NCBI GenBank assembly: GCA_041741195.1 | Contig: JBGSKM010000032.1 | Coordinates: 29,764-93,763, forward strand | Origin: Pirellulaceae bacterium | GTDB lineage: Bacteria > Planctomycetota > Planctomycetia > Pirellulales > Pirellulaceae | Length of the DNA stretch: 64,000 nucleotides | Direction: 5' to 3' | Shown here: piece after piece, positions 56,370 to 64,000 of the stretch | Numbering within the stretch: the first letter of the stretch is position 1 | Layout: each line of letters opens with the position of its first letter | The notes under the pieces: model-generated | The model's database searches: none | Seen by the model: only the letters and a program-made list of their open reading frames with translations | What the model was told of the DNA's origin: nothing | Made by a program: the position numbers and the translations under genes

Positions 56370-57391
56370 GACGGTTTTTTCCAGAGTTTGCGTCCAATTG
56401 AAGGACTGTAGTTGGTCCAGTTCGGGTCGGCAGCGACATCGGCTTCCATGATTGAACGGAACGATGACAGCTTGGCATCTAGGTTGTCCAGGTGATGCAG
56501 AGTCAGCGCTTCGAGCGTGACAGGAAGTTTGGGACTGCCAAACTCAATTTGACCGTGGTGGCTGACAATCAGATGCTCAAGCTGGTAACGCAAGTCGAGC
56601 GGGAACTTTTCGCCGAGCTCGCTTTCCACGCAACTGATTTTCTCACCGAGCAATTGAACGCCGATGACGATGTGTCCGATCAGTTGTCCGCGATCAGAAT
56701 AGGAGACTTCCTCGCCGCTGGTGAGTTCCTCGATCTTTCCTAGATCGTGAAGAAATGCACCGAACATTAATAGCTCGCCATCGAGGTAGTCGTACCGGGG
56801 TGAGATCAGTTGACACAACTCCATCAAGTCGACGGTGTGACGCAATAGTCCGCCGGGATAAGCGTGGTGATTGTTGACAGCCGCAGCCGCGATTAGAAAC
56901 TTGGCGACGAAACCCTCATCCGCCATAAACGCTTCGCCGAGTAGCCGTAGGTGGTTATTGCGGAGTCCGCTTAGAAGCTCTTCGAGTCTTTCGATCAATA
57001 GCGTCGACGTCGCGGCATCAAACCGCTCGAAGTCCGAAGAGTCCACTTCCGAAGGATCCATTCGATCGATGCTGGTAACGATGATTTGCAACACGCCATT
57101 GTGGACCTGGGTCCGTCCACGACAGATCGCATAGTCGCCTCGATCGAATGTGGCATAAATTCGTTCGTCTGCATTCCACATCATCGCCGCGATGGTGGCT
57201 GAGCGATCGGCAAGCTTGAGTAAGATGTATTTACCGCCTTGGCGGTTGACTCGCAATTGCTTGTCGGCAACGCGAAAAGCTTGGTCGATCGATTGGCCAT
57301 CGGACAGTTCGGTAATGGAGGTTCGGGTCACGAGTCGACTCAACGGAAAAGGGCTACGGGTGGGCAGGTCCACAATCGTGGCAACCTTCAC
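56366..57391 (-). CDS. OB-fold plus HD-domain phosphohydrolase (YhaM-like 3'-5' exoribonuclease family)
   Basis: OB fold ([26 protein letters not shown]). HD domain ([25 protein letters not shown]). The start is trimmed to GTG at 57391 because the ORF-track extension overlaps the upstream gene in another frame. The stop overlaps the queC start (ATGA). Confidence 0.8.
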   Translation of the reverse strand: MKVATIVDLPTRSPFPLSRLVTRTSITELSDGQSIDQAFRVADKQLRVNRQGGKYILLKLADRSATIAAMMWNADERIYATFDRGDYAICRGRTQVHNGVLQIIVTSIDRMDPSEVDSSDFERFDAATSTLLIERLEELLSGLRNNHLRLLGEAFMADEGFVAKFLIAAAAVNNHHAYPGGLLRHTVDLMELCQLISPRYDYLDGELLMFGAFLHDLGKIEELTSGEEVSYSDRGQLIGHIVIGVQLLGEKISCVESELGEKFPLDLRYQLEHLIVSHHGQIEFGSPKLPVTLEALTLHHLDNLDAKLSSFRSIMEADVAADPNWTNYSPSIGRKLWKKPS

Positions 57392-57437
57392 GCAACCGTC
57401 AAGGACGCAGGTCGAAAAACGAACTCGGGTAGTTTGG

Positions 57438-59600
57438 CTAAAACAGCGTGTAGACAAACGGGGCAACCGGGGACGCGGAAACCGCGACCAATAGCAATAG
57501 TGCGAGGCAAACGACAAAAATGGGGGCCAGCCACCATTTCTTTTCTTCTCGCAAGAAAGTGACAAATTCGCCGACGACGCCGATTCGCGAGGCCTCGTGC
57601 GAGTCGACATTGCCGCCGTCGAGCCAATAGCTTGAACGATCGCGATCGATTTTCCGAACGAGCGGGTCGTAGCCAAAAAGTGACGCGAGCATCCCCAGCG
57701 GTATGAAAACGACGAGATAAAAACCGAATAGTGCCAACCGGCTGAGTAAGTGATTGATCGGCTGGGCAATCTTCCTCGCTCGGTTCTGGAACCGCACAAG
57801 CGCCGACAGAGTTGCCGCAGCGGGAACAGGTTGCCCGCTCAATCGATCAAGCACCTGTGTGCGTTCCGTTTCGCTCTCGCATGGGAACAACAAACAATTG
57901 CCGATTACCATCGCATCCATGCGAGTGTCCAAGAAACATCGAATCGCGTCACCAGGCGTGCATACGATGGGCTCACCAGCGTCATTGAAGCTCGTGTTGA
58001 TCAGTAACGGGCATCCGGTCAAAGCTTCGAACGCGACGAGTAGTTGGTAAAATCGCCCCATCGATGCATCCACCGTTTGTAATCGGGCGGAGCCATCGAC
58101 ATGAGTTACCGCGGGAATCAACGAACGTTTGTTTTCACGAACCGGGACCACGGAATTCATCCAAGGAAACTCAGCGTCCTCATCCACGTCGAACCATTCT
58201 GCGGCATGTGATCGTAGGATCGCGGGCGCGAATGGACGAAAATCTTCTCGATGTTTGATGCGAGAGTTCAAAATCGACTGCATTTCTTGTCGTCGTGGAT
58301 CGGCAAGAATGCTTCGGCTTCCCAATGCTCGTGGACCAAACTCCATCCGACCTTGGAACCACGCGATCACCTTGCCGTCGGCGATGAGTTGGGCGGCCTC
58401 GTTTAACAATTCGCCAAAGTTCATCTGCGAAATATAACGAAGGCCATATAGTTGGAGTTGGGCTTCGATTGATTCGTCGGTGTAAGCCGGCCCCAATCGC
58501 GGATCAAAGCGAATCGATCGCCGAGAGGGCAGAGCAGGGGCGTCGTCATCGACTAGGTCTTTGCGATCGTATTCGATCGCCGCGCCGATCGCGCAGCCGG
58601 AATCGCCGGCGGCGGGTTGTACCCAAATGTCATGGGCTTGATTGGACCTGCGCAGCTTGCCAATCGACGCACAATTCAGCGCCACGCCGCCAGCGAAACA
58701 GACTTTGCGAAGACCCGTAAGTTGTTTGACGTGCTCGACAATTCGGTGCAGCGTCAAGTCGGTAATCGATTGGATCGATGCAGCGATATCGCGGTCGATG
58801 TCGCGTATCGGCTCGCTGGGACGACGAGGATCGCTGCCGAGAAGGCGAACTAAATCGGGGGTGATCAGCGTTTTCTCGCTCAGTGCATCGACGAATTTCG
58901 AATCGATGTGAAAGGATCCATCCATTTGCAAGTGAATGACATTGTCCAAGAGTGCGTCGACGAATCGAGGAGTTCCTAAAGGTGCCAGTCCCATGAGTTT
59001 GTACTCACCGTCGTTGACGTGAAATCCGGCGAAGCTCGTTAGCGTCGAATAGAGCAAGCCCAGTGAGTGGGGGAACGCGATCGACTGCAGCGTTTCAATG
59101 CTCGATCCGCGGCCGCGGTGAATGGCCGTCGTCGTCCATTCGCCGACCGCATCCACCGTGACGATCGCCGCCTCGTCGAATGGGCTCAAGCGGAACGCGC
59201 TGGCGGCATGACAGAGATGGTGATCACAAAACGCGATGGGAATTCGCCGTGGCAATCGTAATTCCTGGCGAAGCTTGCTTGCCATGGAGAGTTTCCATCC
59301 GAGCCAAGTCGACATCGCCGATTCGAATGCTCGGTATTGGTTCGGAACGCTCGCTAAATGTGTTTCAACCAACCGCCCAAACTTCCAAGTCGGGCGTTCA
59401 TAGAAAGCGACTGCCGACAAGTCGTCTGGGCCAATCCCGCGCTCATTCAAACAATATTCCGTCGCCAGGGTCGGAAAGGCTGCGTCATGCTTGATCCGCG
59501 AGAATCGCTCTTCTTGGGCAGCAGCGACCACTTGGCCATCGACCACGAGGGCCGCGGCAGAATCGTGGTAATAGGCGGAAATGCCGAGTACGTAGGTCAA
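57438..59600 (-). CDS. NodU/CmcH-family carbamoyltransferase fused to SxtJ-like TM segment and DUF5989 (SxtK-like) tail
   Basis: MTYVLGISAYYHDSAAALVVDGQVVAAAQEERFSRIKHD and NTSFNDAGEPIV mark the carbamoyltransferase core. The C-terminal ~145 aa contain the hydrophobic LALFGFYLVVFIPLGMLASLF and the tail FLREEKKWWLAPIFVVCLALLLLVAVSASPVAPFVYTLF. Confidence 0.9.
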   Translation of the reverse strand: MTYVLGISAYYHDSAAALVVDGQVVAAAQEERFSRIKHDAAFPTLATEYCLNERGIGPDDLSAVAFYERPTWKFGRLVETHLASVPNQYRAFESAMSTWLGWKLSMASKLRQELRLPRRIPIAFCDHHLCHAASAFRLSPFDEAAIVTVDAVGEWTTTAIHRGRGSSIETLQSIAFPHSLGLLYSTLTSFAGFHVNDGEYKLMGLAPLGTPRFVDALLDNVIHLQMDGSFHIDSKFVDALSEKTLITPDLVRLLGSDPRRPSEPIRDIDRDIAASIQSITDLTLHRIVEHVKQLTGLRKVCFAGGVALNCASIGKLRRSNQAHDIWVQPAAGDSGCAIGAAIEYDRKDLVDDDAPALPSRRSIRFDPRLGPAYTDESIEAQLQLYGLRYISQMNFGELLNEAAQLIADGKVIAWFQGRMEFGPRALGSRSILADPRRQEMQSILNSRIKHREDFRPFAPAILRSHAAEWFDVDEDAEFPWMNSVVPVRENKRSLIPAVTHVDGSARLQTVDASMGRFYQLLVAFEALTGCPLLINTSFNDAGEPIVCTPGDAIRCFLDTRMDAMVIGNCLLFPCESETERTQVLDRLSGQPVPAAATLSALVRFQNRARKIAQPINHLLSRLALFGFYLVVFIPLGMLASLFGYDPLVRKIDRDRSSYWLDGGNVDSHEASRIGVVGEFVTFLREEKKWWLAPIFVVCLALLLLVAVSASPVAPFVYTLF

Positions 59601-59717
59601 TCGAATGCAATCCTAGGGATGCGGGTGACAGACGACCAATTTTCCACTGGAATCCGGCCGATACTTTCATTACGTTCAAAACGAGCAACAGTGAATCGTG
59701 GCGGTTAAACTTTTCGT

Positions 59718-60404
59718 ATGCCAGACAGCAACTTTGAAACATCACCGTCGTCGGTCAACCTGACTCGATCATCGAATCCGTGGACCCAGGCTGATAGCGC
59801 GGCGGGCTTTGTGCTGAGGTATCTTAACCCGATGCGACGCCAGTTGATCGAATTATTGGGCAACGAAAAGCTTGCTGACGATAGCCTCAAACGCATCCTA
59901 GCCCACTTGGTCACGGCGGGTTTTGGCAAGGACAAGCAGGGGAAGTTGCGAGATTTTCTTTTGCGTGGCGTTCGCTCGGCGGCCAAGGCTGCCGTAGCGG
60001 ACTTGCCCGAAGAGCAGCGACCGAGTCTGGATCTGGACTCTGTGACACTCGAGTCCGAGAAATGGCTGTTGCTGTGGCGAGACGGCTTGATTGAACGGGC
60101 TTGGCGATCGATGGAACGGTTGGAACACGCCCACCCCGACGAGCCGCTTTACGGCCTGCTACGCGCGGCCACGGAAGCTCCTAAAGACTCGCCTGCCCAA
60201 TTGGCCACTCGCATGGCCACAATTTCTGTGAATCCGATCTCGGAATCATCTATCGCCCGATTGTTGCCAGTGGCTCGAACGCAATTCGCGCAGTTTGTCG
60301 CCGACGAAGTCGCGGAAACGCTCGCTGAACCGACTCGCGAAGAAATCACGCGAGAAATCAAAAAATTGGGGCTCTCCAAAGCGTTCCAAGGCGTCCAAGT
60401 GTAG
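59718..60404 (+). CDS. Divergent ECF43-like sigma-factor paralogue (orphan, no adjacent kinase); tentative
   Basis: Collinear with the two sigma factors above: FVLRYLNPMRRQLIELLG (compare NYWPPLYAYLRRRG), QGKLRDFLLRGVRS (compare KGRFRAFLLTSV), and C-terminal ISESSIARLLPVARTQFAQFVADEVAETL...EITREIKKL. Confidence 0.5.
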   Translation: MPDSNFETSPSSVNLTRSSNPWTQADSAAGFVLRYLNPMRRQLIELLGNEKLADDSLKRILAHLVTAGFGKDKQGKLRDFLLRGVRSAAKAAVADLPEEQRPSLDLDSVTLESEKWLLLWRDGLIERAWRSMERLEHAHPDEPLYGLLRAATEAPKDSPAQLATRMATISVNPISESSIARLLPVARTQFAQFVADEVAETLAEPTREEITREIKKLGLSKAFQGVQV

Positions 60405-60551
60405 TGGCTGTTTTGGTCGCCGCACGCATCGGCGCCTACAATGCTTGTTACGGTCCGTTGGCCGCGAGTGGTCTTTGAGTATGCCGTGTTTGGCGGGGTC
60501 ACCGTGCCGGTCCAATGTGACGAACCCTCGCGTTGGGAGACGCTGTCGCTC

Positions 60552-61637
60552 ATGAATCATTTCATCGTCTCATGCATGTTAACTTGCACAGCGTTGGTCC
60601 CCGTGCTAGCGACCGCGCAATCCGCAGACCAACGGCGAGGTTCGGCGGTCCCCCAAATCGAGATTCGTAAACACGAACCCATCGTCAGGGAGACGCCATC
60701 GGACGGCGGGCTCTCGGAAGGCAGTGATCGTTATCACGGCGGGTATCCCCATGGACCGCGCGGCTCGGTCACCAACAACTATTATGGTTATGGTTGGCCA
60801 ATCCCTCGGTTGTACGGACCCAACGTTTACAACTACGTCAACGGGGTGCCTGTCCACTTCGGCGGCTACTACCGGCCCTATCCGTTTGTGGTTGGCTATC
60901 CCTACGTTTATCCATACGGCTATTCTCAGTACGGATTTTCTGGATCCGCGACCCAATTCAATCAACCGATTCCATGGAACCAGGGCAATCTGGTTGGCAA
61001 CGGTTTCGTCGCAGGAGTTGTCGAACCTCGCGTGGTCCAGCCAATCGCCAATGCGGCGGCCATTGACTTACCGAAAGCTCGAGATGTCATGCCAGGTAAC
61101 GAGGGTGCGGCCGAGATCCAGCGGCGCGTCGACGTTCTTCGTGCCAGCACTCCTACCGGCCGAGAGCGAGCGGATCGCTCCATCGCCCAGGGTGACGAAC
61201 TGTTCGCCAAACAGAGGTTTATTTCTGCCGCAGCCAAGTATCGGGATGCCATGTCCAAGGCGGCCGACTATCCCAAGCCGCATTTTCGATTGGCGCATTG
61301 CTACGTCGCTTCTGGGTCGTTCGATCTAGCGCTCACGCGTTTCTTGATGGCGCTGGAGTTGGCGGGATCGGCCGATCGCACCAATTTTTCATTGGAAGAG
61401 CTGTATCGTGGAAACAAGCTTGCCAAGCAATCGCATCTCGATCGACTGCAGGATGCGATACTGCGCGAACCCGATGATGGTGGGCTGGTGTTCTTATTTG
61501 CACTAACGCTTCACTACGACCAACATCCGCTTGAGGCTCGACAGCAATTCTTGAAGGCCAAAGAGATGGCTGGCGCTCATCAAGCGTATGTGCATCTCTT
61601 CTTACCCATCGTTACTGTTGCAGAACCGACGCCATGA
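60552..61637 (+). CDS. Secreted protein with a Tyr/Gly/Pro-rich segment and a TPR-like helical C-terminal domain
   Basis: The ATG at 60552 gives a signal peptide (MNHFIVSCMLTCTALVPVLATAQ). There are 17 Tyr in a 71-residue stretch. C-terminal helical repeats: ELFAKQRFISAAAKYRDAMSKAADYPKPHFRLAHCYVASGSFDLA. Confidence 0.6.
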   Translation: MNHFIVSCMLTCTALVPVLATAQSADQRRGSAVPQIEIRKHEPIVRETPSDGGLSEGSDRYHGGYPHGPRGSVTNNYYGYGWPIPRLYGPNVYNYVNGVPVHFGGYYRPYPFVVGYPYVYPYGYSQYGFSGSATQFNQPIPWNQGNLVGNGFVAGVVEPRVVQPIANAAAIDLPKARDVMPGNEGAAEIQRRVDVLRASTPTGRERADRSIAQGDELFAKQRFISAAAKYRDAMSKAADYPKPHFRLAHCYVASGSFDLALTRFLMALELAGSADRTNFSLEELYRGNKLAKQSHLDRLQDAILREPDDGGLVFLFALTLHYDQHPLEARQQFLKAKEMAGAHQAYVHLFLPIVTVAEPTP

Positions 61638-61862
61638 GGTGTCAACTCACTACGTGGTTTTGAAAATGGTGGGGCGATGCCGGCCGCCACGACCAGACGC
61701 GTCTTCAAGCGGGTAAGGTCGCGACTAGAAATCTGGGGCGATTCGGGTGATAATGGGGTGCGTAGCGGGTACCGGCGCGCTGAACGTCTCAGCTCACCCG
61801 CTTCACCCCCCTCGCCGGAACGTGGACGCCCCCGCCTCACTCCAGCGTCCTTGGAGACCATC

Positions 61863-62987
61863 ATGCATTACGGATCTCGGTTTGATCGATTCCGCGAATT
61901 TGCGTCGTCGGCGCAGGTAATCACGCTCGGATGTTTTGTTGTTTTTGTCATAGTGGCTCACTCCGCGCTCGCTGGAGTGCTCGATGATGATGGACGGCTA
62001 GTACGTTTTGATCGCGACATAGCGCCGATTCTGCGAGCTCGATGTTTGGAATGTCACGGTCCCGAAGACGCGAAGAATGACTTTCGAGTCGATGACGTCG
62101 ATTCGCTGATGGCCTACGTGTCACCGGAGGATTTGGAAGCGAGTAGTTTGTTTACGGACTATTTGACGACTGACGATGACGACATGCTGATGCCTCCGGT
62201 GTCGCACCAAGGTCCACTTAGTTTGGGCGAGTTGGCGCTGCTGCGTACGTGGATCCACGAAGGTGCCGTTTGGCCAGATGGCTTCGAGTTGGTTGCCGAG
62301 GCCGAGGCTGAGACGCCGCTGCAAATTGTTGAGGTGCCGCAGAATTCCGACGGACTTTTGGCAAGGGTTTGGGCCTTTCAGGGATATCTGCATCCTGCAG
62401 CGGTCCACTTTCCGATTGCGCTGTTGTCGATTGGCGGTTTGTTCGTCGTCCTCAGTTGGATCTGGCCCGCCTTGGGCAACCAAGTGGCGCTCGCGTGTTT
62501 GTGGATAGGCTCGGTGGCCGCGATCGGGACGACGTTGATGGGATGGTCGTTTGCCACGGAACAAGGCTATGGCGCCTGGGACCGGATCGACATGGATACG
62601 GAGGTGTTCTGGCATCGATGGAGCGCCATCGTCGTCACCGTTGTTGCAGTCGCCGCAGCGCTCGTCGCCGCCATCGCGATCAACCGCAACAGTCGCGCGC
62701 TAAATGCGACTTGGAAAGGAGGCTTGTTAATCACCGCCGTCCTCGTCGGTTTGGTCGGTCACCAGGGAGGTGAAATGACCTATGGAAAGACTTTCTATCA
62801 ACGAGCGTTTGATCGCTTGTGGCCACCGATTGTCCCTCTCGCTCCGGTGGTCCAGGTCACGGTCGAGGAGCCAACGGTGGTCGATTCAGTTGACGCGGTC
62901 TTCAGAGATTTACTCGCGACGAACGCCGCTCAATCATTGCCAGACGGTAGCACCGATGGCGAAGCCGACGACAGCTCCAATCGTTGA
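61863..62987 (+). CDS. Membrane protein with a PSCyt1-type cytochrome c domain and a DUF2231-like polytopic domain
   Basis: FDRDIAPILRARCLECHGPEDAKNDFRVD, then HPAAVHFPIALLSIGGLFVV and further TM helices. Start trimmed to the ATG at 61863 (signal anchor VITLGCFVVFVIVAHSALA). Confidence 0.7.
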   Translation: MHYGSRFDRFREFASSAQVITLGCFVVFVIVAHSALAGVLDDDGRLVRFDRDIAPILRARCLECHGPEDAKNDFRVDDVDSLMAYVSPEDLEASSLFTDYLTTDDDDMLMPPVSHQGPLSLGELALLRTWIHEGAVWPDGFELVAEAEAETPLQIVEVPQNSDGLLARVWAFQGYLHPAAVHFPIALLSIGGLFVVLSWIWPALGNQVALACLWIGSVAAIGTTLMGWSFATEQGYGAWDRIDMDTEVFWHRWSAIVVTVVAVAAALVAAIAINRNSRALNATWKGGLLITAVLVGLVGHQGGEMTYGKTFYQRAFDRLWPPIVPLAPVVQVTVEEPTVVDSVDAVFRDLLATNAAQSLPDGSTDGEADDSSNR

Positions 62988-63343
62988 TCTTGGGGTAGGT
63001 AGGCTCGTTCGATCAGTTCTGGATCATACTGGGTCCATGTTTCACGCTGCGAGCTTGCGACGACTTCCCTCAATACGCCTTCATCGTGCCAGCGGATGCG
63101 ATAGTCGTTCGTGCGGTGATCACGGCGGGGCAACTGCCGATCGGACTTGATCAACCGCCAAGCCCGCACCTGGAATCGTTTTCGTTGGTTACTCCAATCA
63201 TAAAAGATCAGCTGGTCAAACACCTTTCGGCCTTGGTCGTCGTGGTAATGATTGATTTCAACCAAGTCCACGCGATCGGCGACCGTGTTTGCCATGGGTG
63301 CCGGCGCCGTGAACGACATGAGTGCAAGAAACATTGGGAACAT
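62930..63343 (-). CDS. Hypothetical small secreted protein
   Basis: A strong SD (AAGGAG) lies 7 nt upstream of the ATG at 63343. Signal-like MFPMFLALMSFTAPAPMA. The 3' end overlaps the convergent gene by 58 nt. Confidence 0.55.
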   Translation of the reverse strand: MFPMFLALMSFTAPAPMANTVADRVDLVEINHYHDDQGRKVFDQLIFYDWSNQRKRFQVRAWRLIKSDRQLPRRDHRTNDYRIRWHDEGVLREVVASSQRETWTQYDPELIERAYLPQDQRLELSSASPSVLPSGND

Positions 63344-63614
63344 CGAACCTCTCCTTTCTGTTTGCCTGGTTAGCGACGCCCAAACCGCGTCGCGTCCGAA
63401 GCGAAACGCGAAACCGGTGCCAATGGTCCGCTGCACTCGCCAGACGGAAAACTTCTCGCCGTTAATTGCCCGCAATTGCCGCTATGAGGGCGTTATGGTG
63501 GGAGTAATCCGAATCTATGAAGGTCGCCGACTTTGCCAGCAATTGATTTGATTGCCAACGATCGAAGCACCATAGTGCCTTGCAATCGCGCAGTTTCCAG
63601 CGGGCCGTCCCCTT

Positions 63615-63642
63615 ATCCTTTGCCCAATGATCCTTTGCCCAA
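63615..63642 (+). repeat. Tandem direct repeat ATCCTTTGCCCAA-tg-ATCCTTTGCCCAA upstream of ppk1
   Basis: Two exact 13-nt copies at 63615-63627 and 63630-63642, about 75 nt upstream of the ppk1 GTG. Confidence 0.5.
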
Positions 63643-63714
63643 GGCGCCCCGCATGCTTTATCTTGGTTGGCGACATAGCAACCAATTTTTCCTCAGCCCC
63701 CATAGCAAGCTAAC

Positions 63715-64000
63715 GTGCCCAAAACTCGTCAAGTGCGTCCAAAGTCGCCAGCCAAGGACCAAGCCTTACCCGCGAATCGATTTATCAATCGTGAACTCGG
63801 CTGGCTGGAGTTCAATGAACGCGTGTTGGATCAAGCTGCGGATTCGACGCGTCCGTTGCTGGAGCGAGTGAAGTTTGTCGCGATCACCGGATCGAACTTG
63901 GATGAGTTCATGATGGTACGAGTCGGATCGCTGAAGTTGCAATTTCAACGCAATCCGATGGTTCGCGATCCGGCCGGTTTGACGGTGCCGGAGCAATTGC
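63715..64000 (+). CDS. ppk: Polyphosphate kinase 1, N-terminal ~95 codons; 3' end lies outside the window
   Basis: Not in the ORF track because no stop falls within the window. The GTG at 63715 follows an in-frame TAG at 63703. The translation [54 protein letters not shown] matches the PPK1 N-domain signature. Confidence 0.85.
   Translation, partial: MPKTRQVRPKSPAKDQALPANRFINRELGWLEFNERVLDQAADSTRPLLERVKFVAITGSNLDEFMMVRVGSLKLQFQRNPMVRDPAGLTVPEQL

Noticed and set aside
57392-57799. Upstream extension of the YhaM-like ORF (ORF-track start at 57799), overlapping the carbamoyltransferase tail in another frame
   Set aside because: The extension translates to a Cys/Arg/Ser/Trp-rich sequence with no fold-like pattern. 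The overlapping frame encodes well-formed TM segments and the DUF5989-like tail. The OB-fold domain only begins after the GTG at 57391.

Overview
A gene-dense 64-kb chromosomal segment that looks like Planctomycetota, probably Pirellulaceae. The evidence is lineage-typical content: PSCyt-type cytochrome c domains, DUF1080 proteins, sulfotransferase, kinase-linked ECF sigma factors and many signal-peptide proteins of unknown function. GC is moderate; hand-counted 60-nt samples range from 40 to 62%. I can support about 52 protein-coding genes. Housekeeping genes are ispH (5' partial), holA, mnmG, gatA-gatB, hisB-hisC, hisD, threonine aldolase, RNase HI, trkA-trkH, thiC, queC and ppk1 (3' partial). 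They are interleaved with redox proteins, signalling modules, an ABC-HlyD-TolC tripartite exporter, a GH5 plus epimerase pair, potassium transport genes and a NodU/CmcH carbamoyltransferase. The redox proteins are a heptaheme cytochrome, a thioredoxin/cytochrome c/copper-monooxygenase fusion and a diheme cytochrome. The signalling modules are two ECF-sigma plus Ser/Thr-kinase pairs, a third sigma-like orphan and a response regulator plus histidine kinase. I recognised no rRNA, tRNA, CRISPR array, transposase, integrase or other mobile element. Many same-strand neighbours are translationally coupled by ATGA, TTGA or TAGTG overlaps. The loci most worth a second look:
- The HlyB-like exporter, whose ATPase domain has lost all three hydrolysis residues. 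It sits beside an orphan canonical ABC ATPase and a coding-looking unlisted small ORF.
- An RNase HI with an unassigned N-terminal domain and a C-terminal zinc ribbon, followed by a phage-like C39-like/DUF2786 gene.
- A four-gene overlap-coupled operon of unknown function: anchored protein, HTTM-like membrane protein, ATP:ADP-antiporter-like MFS and AIM24.
- A carbamoyltransferase fused to SxtJ-like and SxtK/DUF5989-like membrane tails.
- A his operon split by an opposite-strand sigma/kinase module.
All family assignments rest on motif recognition by eye. No database search was run.
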